A stretch of 64,000 nt of DNA from Candidatus Latescibacterota bacterium (GCA_965204725.1 OZ242005.1:4320001-4384000), one strand, 5' to 3'. Positions 1 to 10,074 are shown, counted from the first letter of the stretch. Numbers and translations are program-made. Notes: generated by a model from the sequence alone, not told the origin.

Positions 1-1
1 C

Positions 2-478
2 GATCTGTTCGCCAAACTTTGTCTCTCGATTTTGCTGCCCTTGGGCATCGGCAAGTACTTGCGCCGCTTCGCCATTGATTGGATCAACGCCCAGCGCTCG
101 CGGTTGAGTTTGGCCAGCAATGCAGCGCTGATCTCGATTCCGTGGATGAAATTCAGCGAGTCTTCGGGGCCGCTAGCCGAGGTAGAGCCGGTGAGTTTGT
201 TGATTTTGGTGGTGTCTGGCTTGGCGATCCACGCGCTTTATCTGCTGCTCAACGGCGGTGCTTGCGTCCTTTTACAGCTCGAAGCGGCGGCGCACCGGGC
301 CGTTGTGCTGATGGCCAGCCAGAAGACCTTGCCGGTGGCGATGACGGTGCTGGCCTTTTTGCCCGATTCGGCGGTGTCGCCCGAGCAGAAAGGGTTAATC
401 GCAATACCTTGTATTGTGTTTCACCTAGGGCAGATTTTCGCGGATGCGGTTATCGCGACGCGGTGGGGGAATCGGTAA
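2..478 (+). CDS. Bile acid:sodium symporter (SBF-like) family protein, 5'-partial
   Basis: Open frame from the window edge; hydrophobic helices with the SQKTLPVA and IPCIVFHLGQ motifs typical of SBF-like transporters. Confidence 0.8.
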   Translation, partial: DLFAKLCLSILLPLGIGKYLRRFAIDWINAQRSRLSLASNAALISIPWMKFSESSGPLAEVEPVSLLILVVSGLAIHALYLLLNGGACVLLQLEAAAHRAVVLMASQKTLPVAMTVLAFLPDSAVSPEQKGLIAIPCIVFHLGQIFADAVIATRWGNR

Positions 479-1562
479 AGTGCCCAACCCGACGCAGGGC
501 CTCAACACCGGATTCGGCGAGCGAGATGGGAAAGTGAACCGGGCGGTTGCCCGCTAGCTGCGACTGATAGATGGCCATGACCATTTCCAACGAGCGGCGT
601 CCCACAGCACCGTCGCTGCGCAAGGCCCCGCGGCCTTCAAGAGCGTTGATCAGCTCGGACAGTGCCGCGACGTACGTAGAGACCGCTGCGGGCCGTTCGA
701 CTTCGACTTCTTCGAGGCTGCTCCACTCAAAGCCGCTGTCCGGCTCGGACAGCGCGACCTTAGACTGAAAGAGGCGGACCTGCTCAGGGTCCATGCGAAT
801 CAGGCCGGTCGTGCCGCGCAGCTCAAACGCATGATCGCTGTACTGCGTTAGCTCGGCGCCGCAGATCAGCCCAGTGGCCCCCCCTTTGAACTTGAGCATA
901 GCGGCCGAAAAATCCTCGACAGCCCAAGGGCGCATGCGCTGCTCAGCCATGCCGCACAGCCACTCCACTTCACCGGCGTAAAGATCCATCAGGTCAAAAT
1001 AGTGGGTGAAGTCGTGCAGTAAGGGGCCTTCGTTCTCGCTGCGCCACCAAGGTGCTGGCTTGCCCCCGTCCATGTAGCAGTAGATGTGGTTGAGCTGGCC
1101 GATAGCCCCCTCGTCGAGGAGCGTCTTGGCGAGAACCCACTCGGAGTGCCAGCGGCGGTTGTGGTTGACCTGTAAGAGTACGTCCTCCGCTTGGCAGGCC
1201 GCGATCATCTGGTCGCATTCCTCCAGCGAGAGGGCCATCGGCTTTTCGCAGATGATGGCTCGAGTCGAGGAGGCTTGGGCACAGCCGGTGACCATTTCGG
1301 CGTGGAGTTCGGGGTGAGTGGCGACGATGCAGATGTCGGGCTGGACCTCGGCGAGCATTTGTCGATAGTCGTGGTAGAGGGCCGTGACGCCGAAGCGCTC
1401 GCCAAAGGCGTCGAGCTTTTCGCGTCCCCGGTTGACGCCGGCGACCAACTCGCAGGAACGGTGTTGAGCGACCGCCGCGGCGTGGTTGTCGGGCAAGTCG
1501 GAGAAACTGAATTGATAGCCGACGCGCCCCGTGCCTATGATAGCAATGCGATACGTCTTCAT
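450..1562 (-). CDS. Gfo/Idh/MocA family NAD(P)-dependent oxidoreductase
   Basis: Start MKTYRIAIIGTGRVG (Rossmann fold) with GGAGG RBS; CEKPMA motif; HxxD-like LLHDFTHYFD. Confidence 0.9.
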   Translation of the reverse strand: MKTYRIAIIGTGRVGYQFSFSDLPDNHAAAVAQHRSCELVAGVNRGREKLDAFGERFGVTALYHDYRQMLAEVQPDICIVATHPELHAEMVTGCAQASSTRAIICEKPMALSLEECDQMIAACQAEDVLLQVNHNRRWHSEWVLAKTLLDEGAIGQLNHIYCYMDGGKPAPWWRSENEGPLLHDFTHYFDLMDLYAGEVEWLCGMAEQRMRPWAVEDFSAAMLKFKGGATGLICGAELTQYSDHAFELRGTTGLIRMDPEQVRLFQSKVALSEPDSGFEWSSLEEVEVERPAAVSTYVAALSELINALEGRGALRSDGAVGRRSLEMVMAIYQSQLAGNRPVHFPISLAESGVEALRRVGHFTDSPTASR

Positions 1563-1576
1563 GCAGACCTCCAGTC

Positions 1577-2077
1577 TTAAAAGAGACCGAGTTGAGGAGC
1601 AAGCACCCCTTCGAGGGCGAGCAAAGCCCTTTTGATCGGCAGCCCTCCGGCGTAGCCGACCAGTGTGCCGTTGCTGCCAACCACGCGGTGACAAGGCACG
1701 ACAATTGGCAGAGGGTTCCTGCCGTTGGCTAGACCAACGGCGCGGACCGAGTTTGGGTTGCCCACGCGGCGAGCCAGCTCCAAGTAAGAAATTGTCTCGC
1801 CGTAGGGAATCTCTGCGAGAGCGGCCCACACTTTGCGCTGAAACGCCGTTCCTTGGGGATGGAGTGGCAGATCAAAGTCGCGCAGATGTCCGGCGAAATA
1901 GGAATTGAGCTGTTCGGCGACCGGATAGGGCAAGCCCGGCACGGCCTGCCAATCCGGCGGCGGGCTAAAGTCGCGGCCCTTGAACTGGATGTGCCGCAAG
2001 CCCGTAAGGTCGCCCGCTAGGAGCAGCTCGCCGATGGAACTGGGCACGGTGGTGTAGAGCAAGTGTTCAGTAGGCAT
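1577..2077 (-). CDS. ogt: Methylated-DNA--protein-cysteine methyltransferase
   Basis: GTAFQRKVW, IPYGETISY, RAVG..NGRNP, active-site PCHRV. Confidence 0.95.
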   Translation of the reverse strand: MPTEHLLYTTVPSSIGELLLAGDLTGLRHIQFKGRDFSPPPDWQAVPGLPYPVAEQLNSYFAGHLRDFDLPLHPQGTAFQRKVWAALAEIPYGETISYLELARRVGNPNSVRAVGLANGRNPLPIVVPCHRVVGSNGTLVGYAGGLPIKRALLALEGVLAPQLGLF

Positions 2078-2132
2078 AAAAATTCTCAATTGTCTTTTGG
2101 TTGCTGATGTTACGCCAGACCGTCTGTGCGTA

Positions 2133-3407
2133 TTAGGTGGATCGGCTGGCCAAATCGCCTTGGGCTTCCCCCAGTGTGCGAAAGTCCGTCCCTGCCGGCT
2201 CCTGAAAAACCCGCAGATCAAAGGCGGGCACAATGGCGAAGATGTGGTCGAAAATGTCGGCCTGAATCGCCTCGTAGTTGGCCCAGACTTTGTCCTTGCA
2301 GAAGACATAGATCTCGATGGGTAGCCCCCTAGAGGTCGGGTCTAGCTGACGCACCAGAAAAGTCATGTCCCCATTGATCTGCGGATGGTTCTGCAGATAG
2401 GCCTGCACGTAGGCGCGGAAGGTGCCGATGTTGGTCATGCGCCGGCCATTTACCAGATGTGAGAGGTCCACTTGGTTGAGCGCGTTGTATTCGGCCAACT
2501 CTTTTTTTTTGCGCTCAATGTGGGCGGTGATGTACTGGATTTTGGCGAAGCGCACGAGCATTTCCTCGTCGCAAAACTTGATGGTGCTGACATCGAGGTA
2601 GATCGCTCGCTTGATCCGCCGTCCGCCCGAGGCCTCCATCCCGCGCCAGTTTTTGAACGACTCGCTGATTAGCGCGTAGGTGGGGATGGTCGTGATGGTT
2701 TTGTCCCAGTTTTGGACCTTGACCGTCGTCAGCGTTATGTCGAGCACATCGCCATCGGCCCCATATTGGGGCATTTCAATCCAGTCGCCGCAGGCAACCA
2801 TGCGATTTACCGAGATCTGGATGCCAGCGACGAACCCGAGAATCGAGTCGCGAAAGACCAAAAGCAGGACTGCGGTCATCGCCGTCAGGCCGCCGAGCAA
2901 GTAGAGCGGTGATTGGCCGATTAGGATTGAGACGACGAGGATGCCGCCGAGCAAGTAGAGGAGAATTTTGAGGAACTGCACCAGCCCCTTGATGGAGACT
3001 TCTTGCGAGGCCCTCGTACTGTGGTAGATGCGGACGCCCGCGCTTATTGACGCATCGACGACGAGGATGCCGCTGAGCACTAGATAAATATGCGCCACAG
3101 TCTGAATGATTTTGACGGAAATGGGGTGGCCTTCTAAGGCCAGTGGCCCTAAGTCGTACATGATGATGCCGGGCACTAGATGGGCCAGCCGGTGCAAGAC
3201 CCGACATTTGATTAGGACGTCGTCGTGGGGAATATCAGTGCGGTGAACGATGGCGGCGAGACCGCGGAGTAGGGGGCCTCTGGCTAAGCGATGGGCGAGT
3301 AAGGCGACGAAGGCCACCACCGCCAAGGCGACCAAGGCGGCGAGGTCTTCGCTGAGGTCCTTGCCGAGACCCCATTCGAGAAATTGGCGGCGCAATACGT
3401 TGAGCAT
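2133..3407 (-). CDS. Mechanosensitive ion channel, MscS family (YbdG/MscM-like)
   Basis: GDWIEMP.YGADGDV, VKVQNWDKTITTIPTY, NWRGM..SGGRRIKR, TNIGTFRAY motifs. Confidence 0.9.
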   Translation of the reverse strand: MLNVLRRQFLEWGLGKDLSEDLAALVALAVVAFVALLAHRLARGPLLRGLAAIVHRTDIPHDDVLIKCRVLHRLAHLVPGIIMYDLGPLALEGHPISVKIIQTVAHIYLVLSGILVVDASISAGVRIYHSTRASQEVSIKGLVQFLKILLYLLGGILVVSILIGQSPLYLLGGLTAMTAVLLLVFRDSILGFVAGIQISVNRMVACGDWIEMPQYGADGDVLDITLTTVKVQNWDKTITTIPTYALISESFKNWRGMEASGGRRIKRAIYLDVSTIKFCDEEMLVRFAKIQYITAHIERKKKELAEYNALNQVDLSHLVNGRRMTNIGTFRAYVQAYLQNHPQINGDMTFLVRQLDPTSRGLPIEIYVFCKDKVWANYEAIQADIFDHIFAIVPAFDLRVFQEPAGTDFRTLGEAQGDLASRST

Positions 3408-3452
3408 TGGTTGTTATAAAAAGACGATGGCTAAGGCGGCTCGCAGGTCGCG

Positions 3453-3935
3453 TTACTCTGGAACCGCTAGGGATGAAGGAAAGTCGGCGAACAGGGTTGA
3501 TTGCTCTTGTTCGCCGCGATATGAGTAAAAGCGCAGGCGACCTCTTTCGTCAACGAGCCAGAATTCCCGGGCACCGCACGCCAAGTACAGATCCTTTTTG
3601 GCCAGTATCTCGCCGCTGGAGTTGGAGGGCGAGCGGATTTCGACGCATACCTCCGGTGCTTGGAGATAGGGCGTATCCATCCCGTGGCGGGCGAAGAAAG
3701 CGTCCGACCCCCAAGCCGCATCGGCGACTTTGACGCCTTGGCTGGTCTGGACCGAGCACTCGGTCAGGACGCGCCCGGCTGTTTTCTGCTGCATCAATGT
3801 GAAGACGACGAGGACTTGGATGTGGCCGTGTTTATTGGAGGCCGGCGTCATGGTGATTTGCCCCCATTCGTTTAGTTCGATCTTGAAGGGTAAGTCCTGT
3901 AGAGCCTTGTTTTGGCACACTTCACTCCAGTTCAT
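3453..3935 (-). CDS. Uma2 (DUF820) family endonuclease-fold protein
   Basis: KIELNEWGQI.M.P, KVADAAW, APEVCVEI.SPSN, K..LYLACGA.EFWLVD. Confidence 0.85.
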   Translation of the reverse strand: MNWSEVCQNKALQDLPFKIELNEWGQITMTPASNKHGHIQVLVVFTLMQQKTAGRVLTECSVQTSQGVKVADAAWGSDAFFARHGMDTPYLQAPEVCVEIRSPSNSSGEILAKKDLYLACGAREFWLVDERGRLRFYSYRGEQEQSTLFADFPSSLAVPE

Positions 3936-4057
3936 GGACGCAACTTCCTATTGAGGTCGTTGACCGGTCAGGTTGGTCATAGAGGGAAGATAGCTTACTG
4001 CCTAAGCGAACTCAACTTTCTGTTTTGAGTGTTTTGGGATAGAGATCGGCAGAAATC

Positions 4058-4099
4058 ATGCAGCCCAACTACTACCCGGAAACGGACTCACTGTACTAG
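4058..4099 (+). pseudogene. Decayed 5' fragment of a DUF2283-like small (antitoxin-associated) gene
   Basis: Reads MQPNYYPETDSLY then TAG; matches the MKLNYYPETDSLYI-type N-terminus of DUF2283 proteins as recalled. Confidence 0.5.
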
Positions 4100-4265
4100 C
4101 GAACCTCTACCCACTTTTGGTGCGCTAGCCGCGATCCATTTAAGCGGAGGTCGGACGGGATCGCCAATTTTCTTTGACAACATATAGATGCCCAACGCCT
4201 TCTATGGAAAAAGGTGAAGCATCAAACGGTAGATTGGAACGTTATGCGTTGTCTTTACCTTGAGC

Positions 4266-5417
4266 TTACTCGGGGCAAGTGGCGATGCCGTATAGGGCTT
4301 TGCCAATGAAATCGCGCCGCCACCCGCGCAGGAGGCGATGATCCTCGGGCGTGGCAGCCGATTCGGGAAAGAGACCCCCCTGAGCACGCAGCGTGGCAGT
4401 GCCCGCGTCGATGACTAGGTTGCGCACTTCAGCGCGGGTCGCGACAAAGGGCGCGTCAATTTGCGCGGCGTCGCTTTGCCGGCGCAAGTAATTCATGGAC
4501 TGAGCGAGTTTGCGCTCGACGACTTCCTTATCGAGGTCCGGCTGGCGCGGCCGGCGCGGGCACTCCTCGTCGGGGACAGCTAGGCCGCGGTGAATCTGCT
4601 CGAGGATACAGCGGTTGTAGCGGCGACTGCGGAGCGCGTGGATCCGGCTCAGTTCCTCCCGCGACTGGGGCTTGCGCCGGGCTAGCAACACGAGGGTTTC
4701 GTCCGTCAGTACGCGATTGCGCGGCCGGTCGCATCGCTGGGCTTCCTCTTCGCGCCACGCGGCCAATTCGCGGAGGATGGCCAACTCGCGCGAGGACGCT
4801 CGGCCCGTGCCCTTGATCCGCGTGAATTGCTCGCGTGGGTCTCGCTCCTCGTAGAGCCGCGGATCGTCGTACGCGGCCATTTCCTCTGCCAGCCAAGTAC
4901 TGCGACCAATTTCCTCAAGACGCCCCCGCAACACATCGCGCACCTCGTGCAGATAGCGCACGTCCTCAATGGCGTACGCTAGTTGATCCTTGGACAGCGG
5001 GCGGCGGACCCAGTTGGTGAGCGTCTCGGTCTTGTCGAGCACCACGCCGAGGGTCTGCTCCAAAAGCTCGGCCAGCGAAGTGGTGGAACTCATATTGGCA
5101 AGCCCGGCCGCGCAGCGGGTGTCGAAGACGTTGCGCGGAAAAGCACCCGTGACCCGGCGCAGAATCGCCAAGTCTTGTTGGGCGTCGTGGAGGATTAGTT
5201 CAACCTCCGCGTGCTCTAGCAGGGCACCAAGGGGCGAGAGATCCGCAATCGCCACCGAGTCAATCAGGTGGCAACTGTCGCCGGCGAGGGCCAATTGGAT
5301 CACGCCTAACTTGGGATAATAGGTGCGGTTCCAGACAAATTCAGTGTCTAGGGCAACGCGCTCGCAGTCTAAGGCGCGCTCGACGAGTTCGGCAAGCATC
5401 TGTGCGGTGTGGATCAT
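4266..5417 (-). CDS. rnd: Ribonuclease D (DEDDy 3'-5' exonuclease + HRDC)
   Basis: VALDTEFVW.RTYYPKLGVIQ, LHDAQQD, FDT, YAIEDVRYL; HRDC region WREEEA...DRPRNRVL; C-terminal GWRR. Confidence 0.9.
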   Translation of the reverse strand: MIHTAQMLAELVERALDCERVALDTEFVWNRTYYPKLGVIQLALAGDSCHLIDSVAIADLSPLGALLEHAEVELILHDAQQDLAILRRVTGAFPRNVFDTRCAAGLANMSSTTSLAELLEQTLGVVLDKTETLTNWVRRPLSKDQLAYAIEDVRYLHEVRDVLRGRLEEIGRSTWLAEEMAAYDDPRLYEERDPREQFTRIKGTGRASSRELAILRELAAWREEEAQRCDRPRNRVLTDETLVLLARRKPQSREELSRIHALRSRRYNRCILEQIHRGLAVPDEECPRRPRQPDLDKEVVERKLAQSMNYLRRQSDAAQIDAPFVATRAEVRNLVIDAGTATLRAQGGLFPESAATPEDHRLLRGWRRDFIGKALYGIATCPE

Positions 5418-5487
5418 CGGTATGAGGGCATCTGAGAAAGAGGGAATCAGCGCGAAATTAGCAACGTAAAACGATAAGACGAGGGCA

Positions 5488-6786
5488 TTAAGATGACAAG
5501 ATCCAGAAGCGGCGCACCGGGGTTTGCTTTCGGTAGCCGGCCAGCCGAGTGCTGAGCAGCCAAGCCGCAACAAACGCGAGCTGGACCGCACATAAATAAA
5601 AGAGCGGTCCCCGCGGACCAGCCAGTGCATCAGACCACTGGAAACAAGCCCCACCCGCGATGCCGCCAACAAAACCGCCTAGGGCCGAGGCGTACATCGC
5701 AAGGGAGAATCCCTCTGCTTGGTATTCTTTGGAAACGGCGTCGATCATCGCCCGCGACTGGCCCATTTGGTGGCCGCCATCCAGTGCCCCCCAGAGCAGA
5801 TAGACGCCCCCCGCCCAGAGTGCGATCCACGGGAGTTCCGCCGGCAGAAAGAGCCAAGCGGGTGCCATGGCCGCTTGCAGCAACAGGGTGATGGTCAGCG
5901 CTCCTCGGCTGCCGTGCCGGTCCACCATCCGCCCCCAGCCATGCAGTCCGATCACATAGCCGAGAGCTTGTACGGGCATCATCCAGACGAAATAGCTAAC
6001 GGGCAGCCCCCAATCTATCAGTGCCACAACCCACAGCGGAAAGGTCGCAGCTAATACCGCCGTGCGGGCCATGACAAAGAGCGTATATGCGCGCATCTGG
6101 GGCGCGGCTAGTGCTTGGCGCAAGCGATGGAATAGCCCCTCTTTCGGCAGAGACAGCGATCGCTCCGCTACTCCGCGCACCAACAAGGCCCCGCCGCAGG
6201 TAGAAAAAACCGCCAGCGCAAAGAGCGGGCCGAAGGCCCCGGCCTTGGGCTGAGAGCCGAGGTACCAGCCAATCGCGATAGGCAAGACAAGTTCGAGCAG
6301 ACGCTGCTGAAGGCGCATGCGCGTGAGAAAGGCTCCGACCCCACCGCTAGAGGTGTTGTCTTGGACTAGAGGCCACCAAGCGGTGTTGCCCGCTTGCTGT
6401 ATGAGGCCGCGTGTGCTAAACAGGGCTAGCCCGATCCAAGCGGCCCAAGCCCCGTCCGCGCCGTGGAACGCCAACAGTGCCAGTGTCAGCCCAACCGGCA
6501 CCGAGCAGAGTCTGCCCCAAAAGAAAAGCCCGGCCTTCCCCGTACGGTGCATTAGCTGCAACCCGACGACGCGCCCCATCTTCTGGAGGTATTCGCTGGT
6601 GGCGACTAAGCCGATGAGAAAAGGCGAGGCATTAAGAGAGAGCAGAAAGAGGGGGACGAGGGAAGTGAGCAGGGCGTTGTTGATCGAGCCGCTAACGGCG
6701 CAGCCAATCAGCCGCGACTGGCTGCGGCGGCGAGCGGTTGGGGGAAGTCTGTGATCGGGAAGGGCCGTATCTGGGGTGTCGGGCAT
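5488..6786 (-). CDS. MFS transporter
   Basis: About 12 hydrophobic segments; WGRMVDRHGSR MFS loop motif. Confidence 0.8.
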   Translation of the reverse strand: MPDTPDTALPDHRLPPTARRRSQSRLIGCAVSGSINNALLTSLVPLFLLSLNASPFLIGLVATSEYLQKMGRVVGLQLMHRTGKAGLFFWGRLCSVPVGLTLALLAFHGADGAWAAWIGLALFSTRGLIQQAGNTAWWPLVQDNTSSGGVGAFLTRMRLQQRLLELVLPIAIGWYLGSQPKAGAFGPLFALAVFSTCGGALLVRGVAERSLSLPKEGLFHRLRQALAAPQMRAYTLFVMARTAVLAATFPLWVVALIDWGLPVSYFVWMMPVQALGYVIGLHGWGRMVDRHGSRGALTITLLLQAAMAPAWLFLPAELPWIALWAGGVYLLWGALDGGHQMGQSRAMIDAVSKEYQAEGFSLAMYASALGGFVGGIAGGACFQWSDALAGPRGPLFYLCAVQLAFVAAWLLSTRLAGYRKQTPVRRFWILSS

Positions 6787-6831
6787 AAAAAAAGAAAAGA
6801 CCGACGGTACATCTGGGCAAATTGGCCGACT

Positions 6832-8316
6832 TCACGACGCCCCCACAACCTTGTCGGTGCCGACTTGGGGCGGAGTGGGATAGTGCAGGCCGCGTTGACC
6901 GGAGAGGTCGCGGTTGGGACGGGGGGTCCATTGCTGATCGGGCAAGCCGACGAGTTGACCGTCTTGGACCCATGCTTCGTCGCCACCGTAGAGTTCGCCG
7001 ACGAGCCGCTCGCTGAGCTGGGCCTGCGTTGCAGCGTGGTCGGGTGAATCGGCGAGGTCGTTCAACTCGCTCGGATCGCTTTCGAGGTCGAAAAGCTGGA
7101 CGCGGTTGCCCACTGGATAGTAGATCAGCTTGTGTCGCCCCATGCGGATCATGCGAGTGGCCTGCGGCCCTTCGCTGCATTCGCCATAGAGGTACGGGCG
7201 TCGCTCCTCGCCGACCATCGACAGGCCCTCGACGGTGGCGGGGATGTCGATGTCCGCTAGGTCGAGTACAGTCGGCATGACGTCCTGCCAGCCGACGAGG
7301 CGGTCATCGACCGTATGGTGCGGCACCCGTCCGTCGCGGCCTCCGAGTAAGATCATTGGTACGTTGGCCGCCTGCTCGTAGTAGAGCCGCTTGGCCCAGA
7401 GGCCATGGTTGCCGAGCATGTCGCCGTGGTCGGCCGTGAAGCAAATAATGGTATTGCCGAGCAGCCCCTCCTCGCGCAGGGTGCCGATGACTACGCGAAG
7501 TTGGTGGTCAATCTGGGTGCAGAGCGCGTAGAAGGCACGGCGAATGCGCCGAACCTCCGGCCCCTTGAGGTGGGCGTTGGCCCCCTGAATGACTTTGAGC
7601 GCGTAGGGCAAATCATCGAAGCCGCGTACCCAAGTGCCGTGGTGCGGCGCGTCCATATCGATGTCGCGGTACAGGTCGAGGTAGCTCTGCAAGGGGACCA
7701 GCGGTGGGTGCGGATGGCGGAAAGACAGATACCAGAAGCCGGGCTTGGTCGGGTCGCGCCGTTTGATCATCCGGCTCATCTGATGCGCCGCCCAAGTGGT
7801 GGGGTGGCAGTCCTCGGGCAAGTGATAGGGGCGGAAGGAGTACTCATTGTTACTCATGCCGTGGGCGAATCCCATGCCCGCATGGCCTTTGTCTGCGAGG
7901 AAGAGATCGTAGTCGTCAACCGCGCCCAAGTGTGGCCGGCCCTCTTCGTCGAGGAGCACATCGTCGAAGCCAATGCGGTCGCGCTGAGGATAGACGTGGA
8001 GCTTGCCAACGGCATACGCTTGGTAGCCTGCGTTGCGGAAAGTCTGCGCCACGGTCGGCAGATCGGGCATGGGAGCGGTTGGCTTGAAGACCCGGTCGCC
8101 GTGGGTGCGCGGCGAAGTGCCCGTCATCAGGGTACGGCGAGCGGGGATGCAGACCGGGCATTCGCTATAGGCGTTGGAGAAGCGGGTGCCGCTGCGGGCT
8201 AAGGAGTCGAGCGTGGGGGTGAGAATGGCGGGATGGTTGGCTTCGCCCAAGAGGGAAGCGGACCAATGGTCGGTAGTAATCAAGAGGACGTGGGGTCTGT
8301 CGTTTGCCATCGGCAT
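6832..8316 (-). CDS. Formylglycine-dependent sulfatase (choline-sulfatase/arylsulfatase-like)
   Basis: RPHVLLITTD, CIPARRTLMTG (CxPxR), GKLH, ADHGDMLG. Confidence 0.93.
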   Translation of the reverse strand: MPMANDRPHVLLITTDHWSASLLGEANHPAILTPTLDSLARSGTRFSNAYSECPVCIPARRTLMTGTSPRTHGDRVFKPTAPMPDLPTVAQTFRNAGYQAYAVGKLHVYPQRDRIGFDDVLLDEEGRPHLGAVDDYDLFLADKGHAGMGFAHGMSNNEYSFRPYHLPEDCHPTTWAAHQMSRMIKRRDPTKPGFWYLSFRHPHPPLVPLQSYLDLYRDIDMDAPHHGTWVRGFDDLPYALKVIQGANAHLKGPEVRRIRRAFYALCTQIDHQLRVVIGTLREEGLLGNTIICFTADHGDMLGNHGLWAKRLYYEQAANVPMILLGGRDGRVPHHTVDDRLVGWQDVMPTVLDLADIDIPATVEGLSMVGEERRPYLYGECSEGPQATRMIRMGRHKLIYYPVGNRVQLFDLESDPSELNDLADSPDHAATQAQLSERLVGELYGGDEAWVQDGQLVGLPDQQWTPRPNRDLSGQRGLHYPTPPQVGTDKVVGAS

Positions 8317-8378
8317 CTCTCTCTATCACAGGACTTACGCAAGTGTCATTTGAAGTGATGGTTTTTTGAGTTGTTGTC

Positions 8379-8918
8379 TCATTTGACCAATGCAGCAATT
8401 TGCTTGAACTCCGCTGTCCCCGCCGCCTGTAGCAATTCAAATAGACACATTTCCACCGCCGTGATCTGCGCGCCAGCGGACGCCATTTTTTGTAGTCCGA
8501 GTGCCTTGTTCTCGGCGGTGCGCGAGGAGACGGCGTCGGCGACGACTTCGACTTGGTAGCCTGAGTCGAGCAAATCGCGGGCAGTCTGATAGACGCAGAT
8601 GTGGCTTTCGATCCCGGCCAAGAGAATCTGGCGTCGGCCGCTCTGACGCAGTTGGGCTTGGAAAGCACGGAGGCCACAGGCACTAAAGCAGGTCTTGGTC
8701 AGCGGCCTTTGGCCGGAAAGCAGGTCGGCGACCTCGGGAATGGTGGGACCAAGCCCTTGGGGATATTGCTCCAGCCACAGGATGGGCAACCTTAGAACCT
8801 GTGCGCCCTTAACGAGAATCTGTAGCTGGCAATAGAGCGTCTCGCGCTCGTGCATCAGCGAGGCCAGCTTGCCCTGAATGTCGATGAGGACGAGCGCGGT
8901 GTGGTCGCGGTTGAGCAT
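8379..8918 (-). CDS. Isochorismatase family hydrolase
   Basis: ALVLIDIQGKL, EQYPQGLGPT, K..FS, GIESHICVYQT. Confidence 0.9.
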   Translation of the reverse strand: MLNRDHTALVLIDIQGKLASLMHERETLYCQLQILVKGAQVLRLPILWLEQYPQGLGPTIPEVADLLSGQRPLTKTCFSACGLRAFQAQLRQSGRRQILLAGIESHICVYQTARDLLDSGYQVEVVADAVSSRTAENKALGLQKMASAGAQITAVEMCLFELLQAAGTAEFKQIAALVK

Positions 8919-10063
8919 TAGATGTACCCAGTCGAGCCGTCGGGAAGCGTCGGGCTGGAGCGTTCCCAATGGATGTATTCGTCGTCGGCGATGGCCTCTT
9001 CGTTGACCTCAACGCCGAGCCCCGGCCGGTCCGGCCGCAATTCGAGGTAACCGTCTTTGGGCAGATACGGTGCATCAACCCAGTCGTTCCACTCGGATTC
9101 GGTCGGCAGGAGGTATTCGAGAATTTTGAAGTTGGGAGCCGAGGCGCAAAAATGCAGATTGACCGCGGTCGCCAACGGCCCCATGGGGTTGTGCGGAGCG
9201 ATGCTGATATAGTGGGCTTCGGCAAGGGCGTTGATCTTGCGCATTTCGAGCAGGCCGCCGCAGACGCAGATGTCGGGTTGGATAATATCGGCGCCTTGGT
9301 TGGCGATTAGGTTGAGGAACTCAAAGCGGGCGTAGAGGCTCTCGCCGGTGGCCAACGGCACCTGCATTTGCGCCTTGAGGCTGGTCCACGCCGGAATGTG
9401 CTCGGGGCGCAGGGGCTCTTCGTAGAAAAGGGGGTCGTACGGCGCAAGGGCGTTGGCGAGCTGCAAGGCGCGAATCGGCTCAAAAATTTTGGCGTGCGGG
9501 TCAAAGGCAAATTCCCAGTCGTCGGGGCAGCCAACGCGCAATTCTTCAAAGTACTGGGCCGCGGCCTTGCAGACCCGGCCCCAGCGATGGGCGTCTGGAT
9601 TGAGTCGGTAAGGGCTGGTTTTGAAGGCGGTGAAGCCATACTCCTCGTTCAGACGCCGCGCTTGGTCGGCGGCCTCTTTGCCGTCGCGCCCGCCGATGGA
9701 GCGATAGACGCGCACCCGGTCGCGGGCGTGGCCGCCCAAAAGCTGATAGACCGGGACGCCCGCGGCTTTGCCGGAGATGTCCCATAGCGCGTGGTCAATG
9801 CCGGAGATGGCCGACAGCCCGATGCCGCCCGGTGGAAAGCGGAACTGCTGGTGCAGCTTCATCATGATGAACTCAATCCGCCGCGGGTCAATGCCCTTGA
9901 TTAGCTCAAAGCAGTAATTGACGGTTGGGCCAACGGCTAGATCCGGGCCGATGGAGTACGTCTCGCCCCAGCCAGTGATGCCCTCGTCGGTCTCGACCTT
10001 GACCAAGACGCGGGGGCGGTTGCCGAAGCGGGCGACGATGGGGGTGATGGCGGTAATTTTCAC
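8918..10063 (-). CDS. Mandelate racemase/galactonate dehydratase-like enolase-superfamily enzyme
   Basis: GTG start VKITAI; SGIDHALWDI.GK..GVPVYQLLGG, FYEEP, ATGE, IIQPD, APHNP. Confidence 0.9.
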   Translation of the reverse strand: MKITAITPIVARFGNRPRVLVKVETDEGITGWGETYSIGPDLAVGPTVNYCFELIKGIDPRRIEFIMMKLHQQFRFPPGGIGLSAISGIDHALWDISGKAAGVPVYQLLGGHARDRVRVYRSIGGRDGKEAADQARRLNEEYGFTAFKTSPYRLNPDAHRWGRVCKAAAQYFEELRVGCPDDWEFAFDPHAKIFEPIRALQLANALAPYDPLFYEEPLRPEHIPAWTSLKAQMQVPLATGESLYARFEFLNLIANQGADIIQPDICVCGGLLEMRKINALAEAHYISIAPHNPMGPLATAVNLHFCASAPNFKILEYLLPTESEWNDWVDAPYLPKDGYLELRPDRPGLGVEVNEEAIADDEYIHWERSSPTLPDGSTGYI

Positions 10064-10074
10064 GGCGGGCCTCG

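Noticed and set aside
2502-2510. T9 run in the MscS gene as a phase-variation tract
   Set aside because: It encodes KKK in a charged helix late in an intact conserved gene; no supporting evidence
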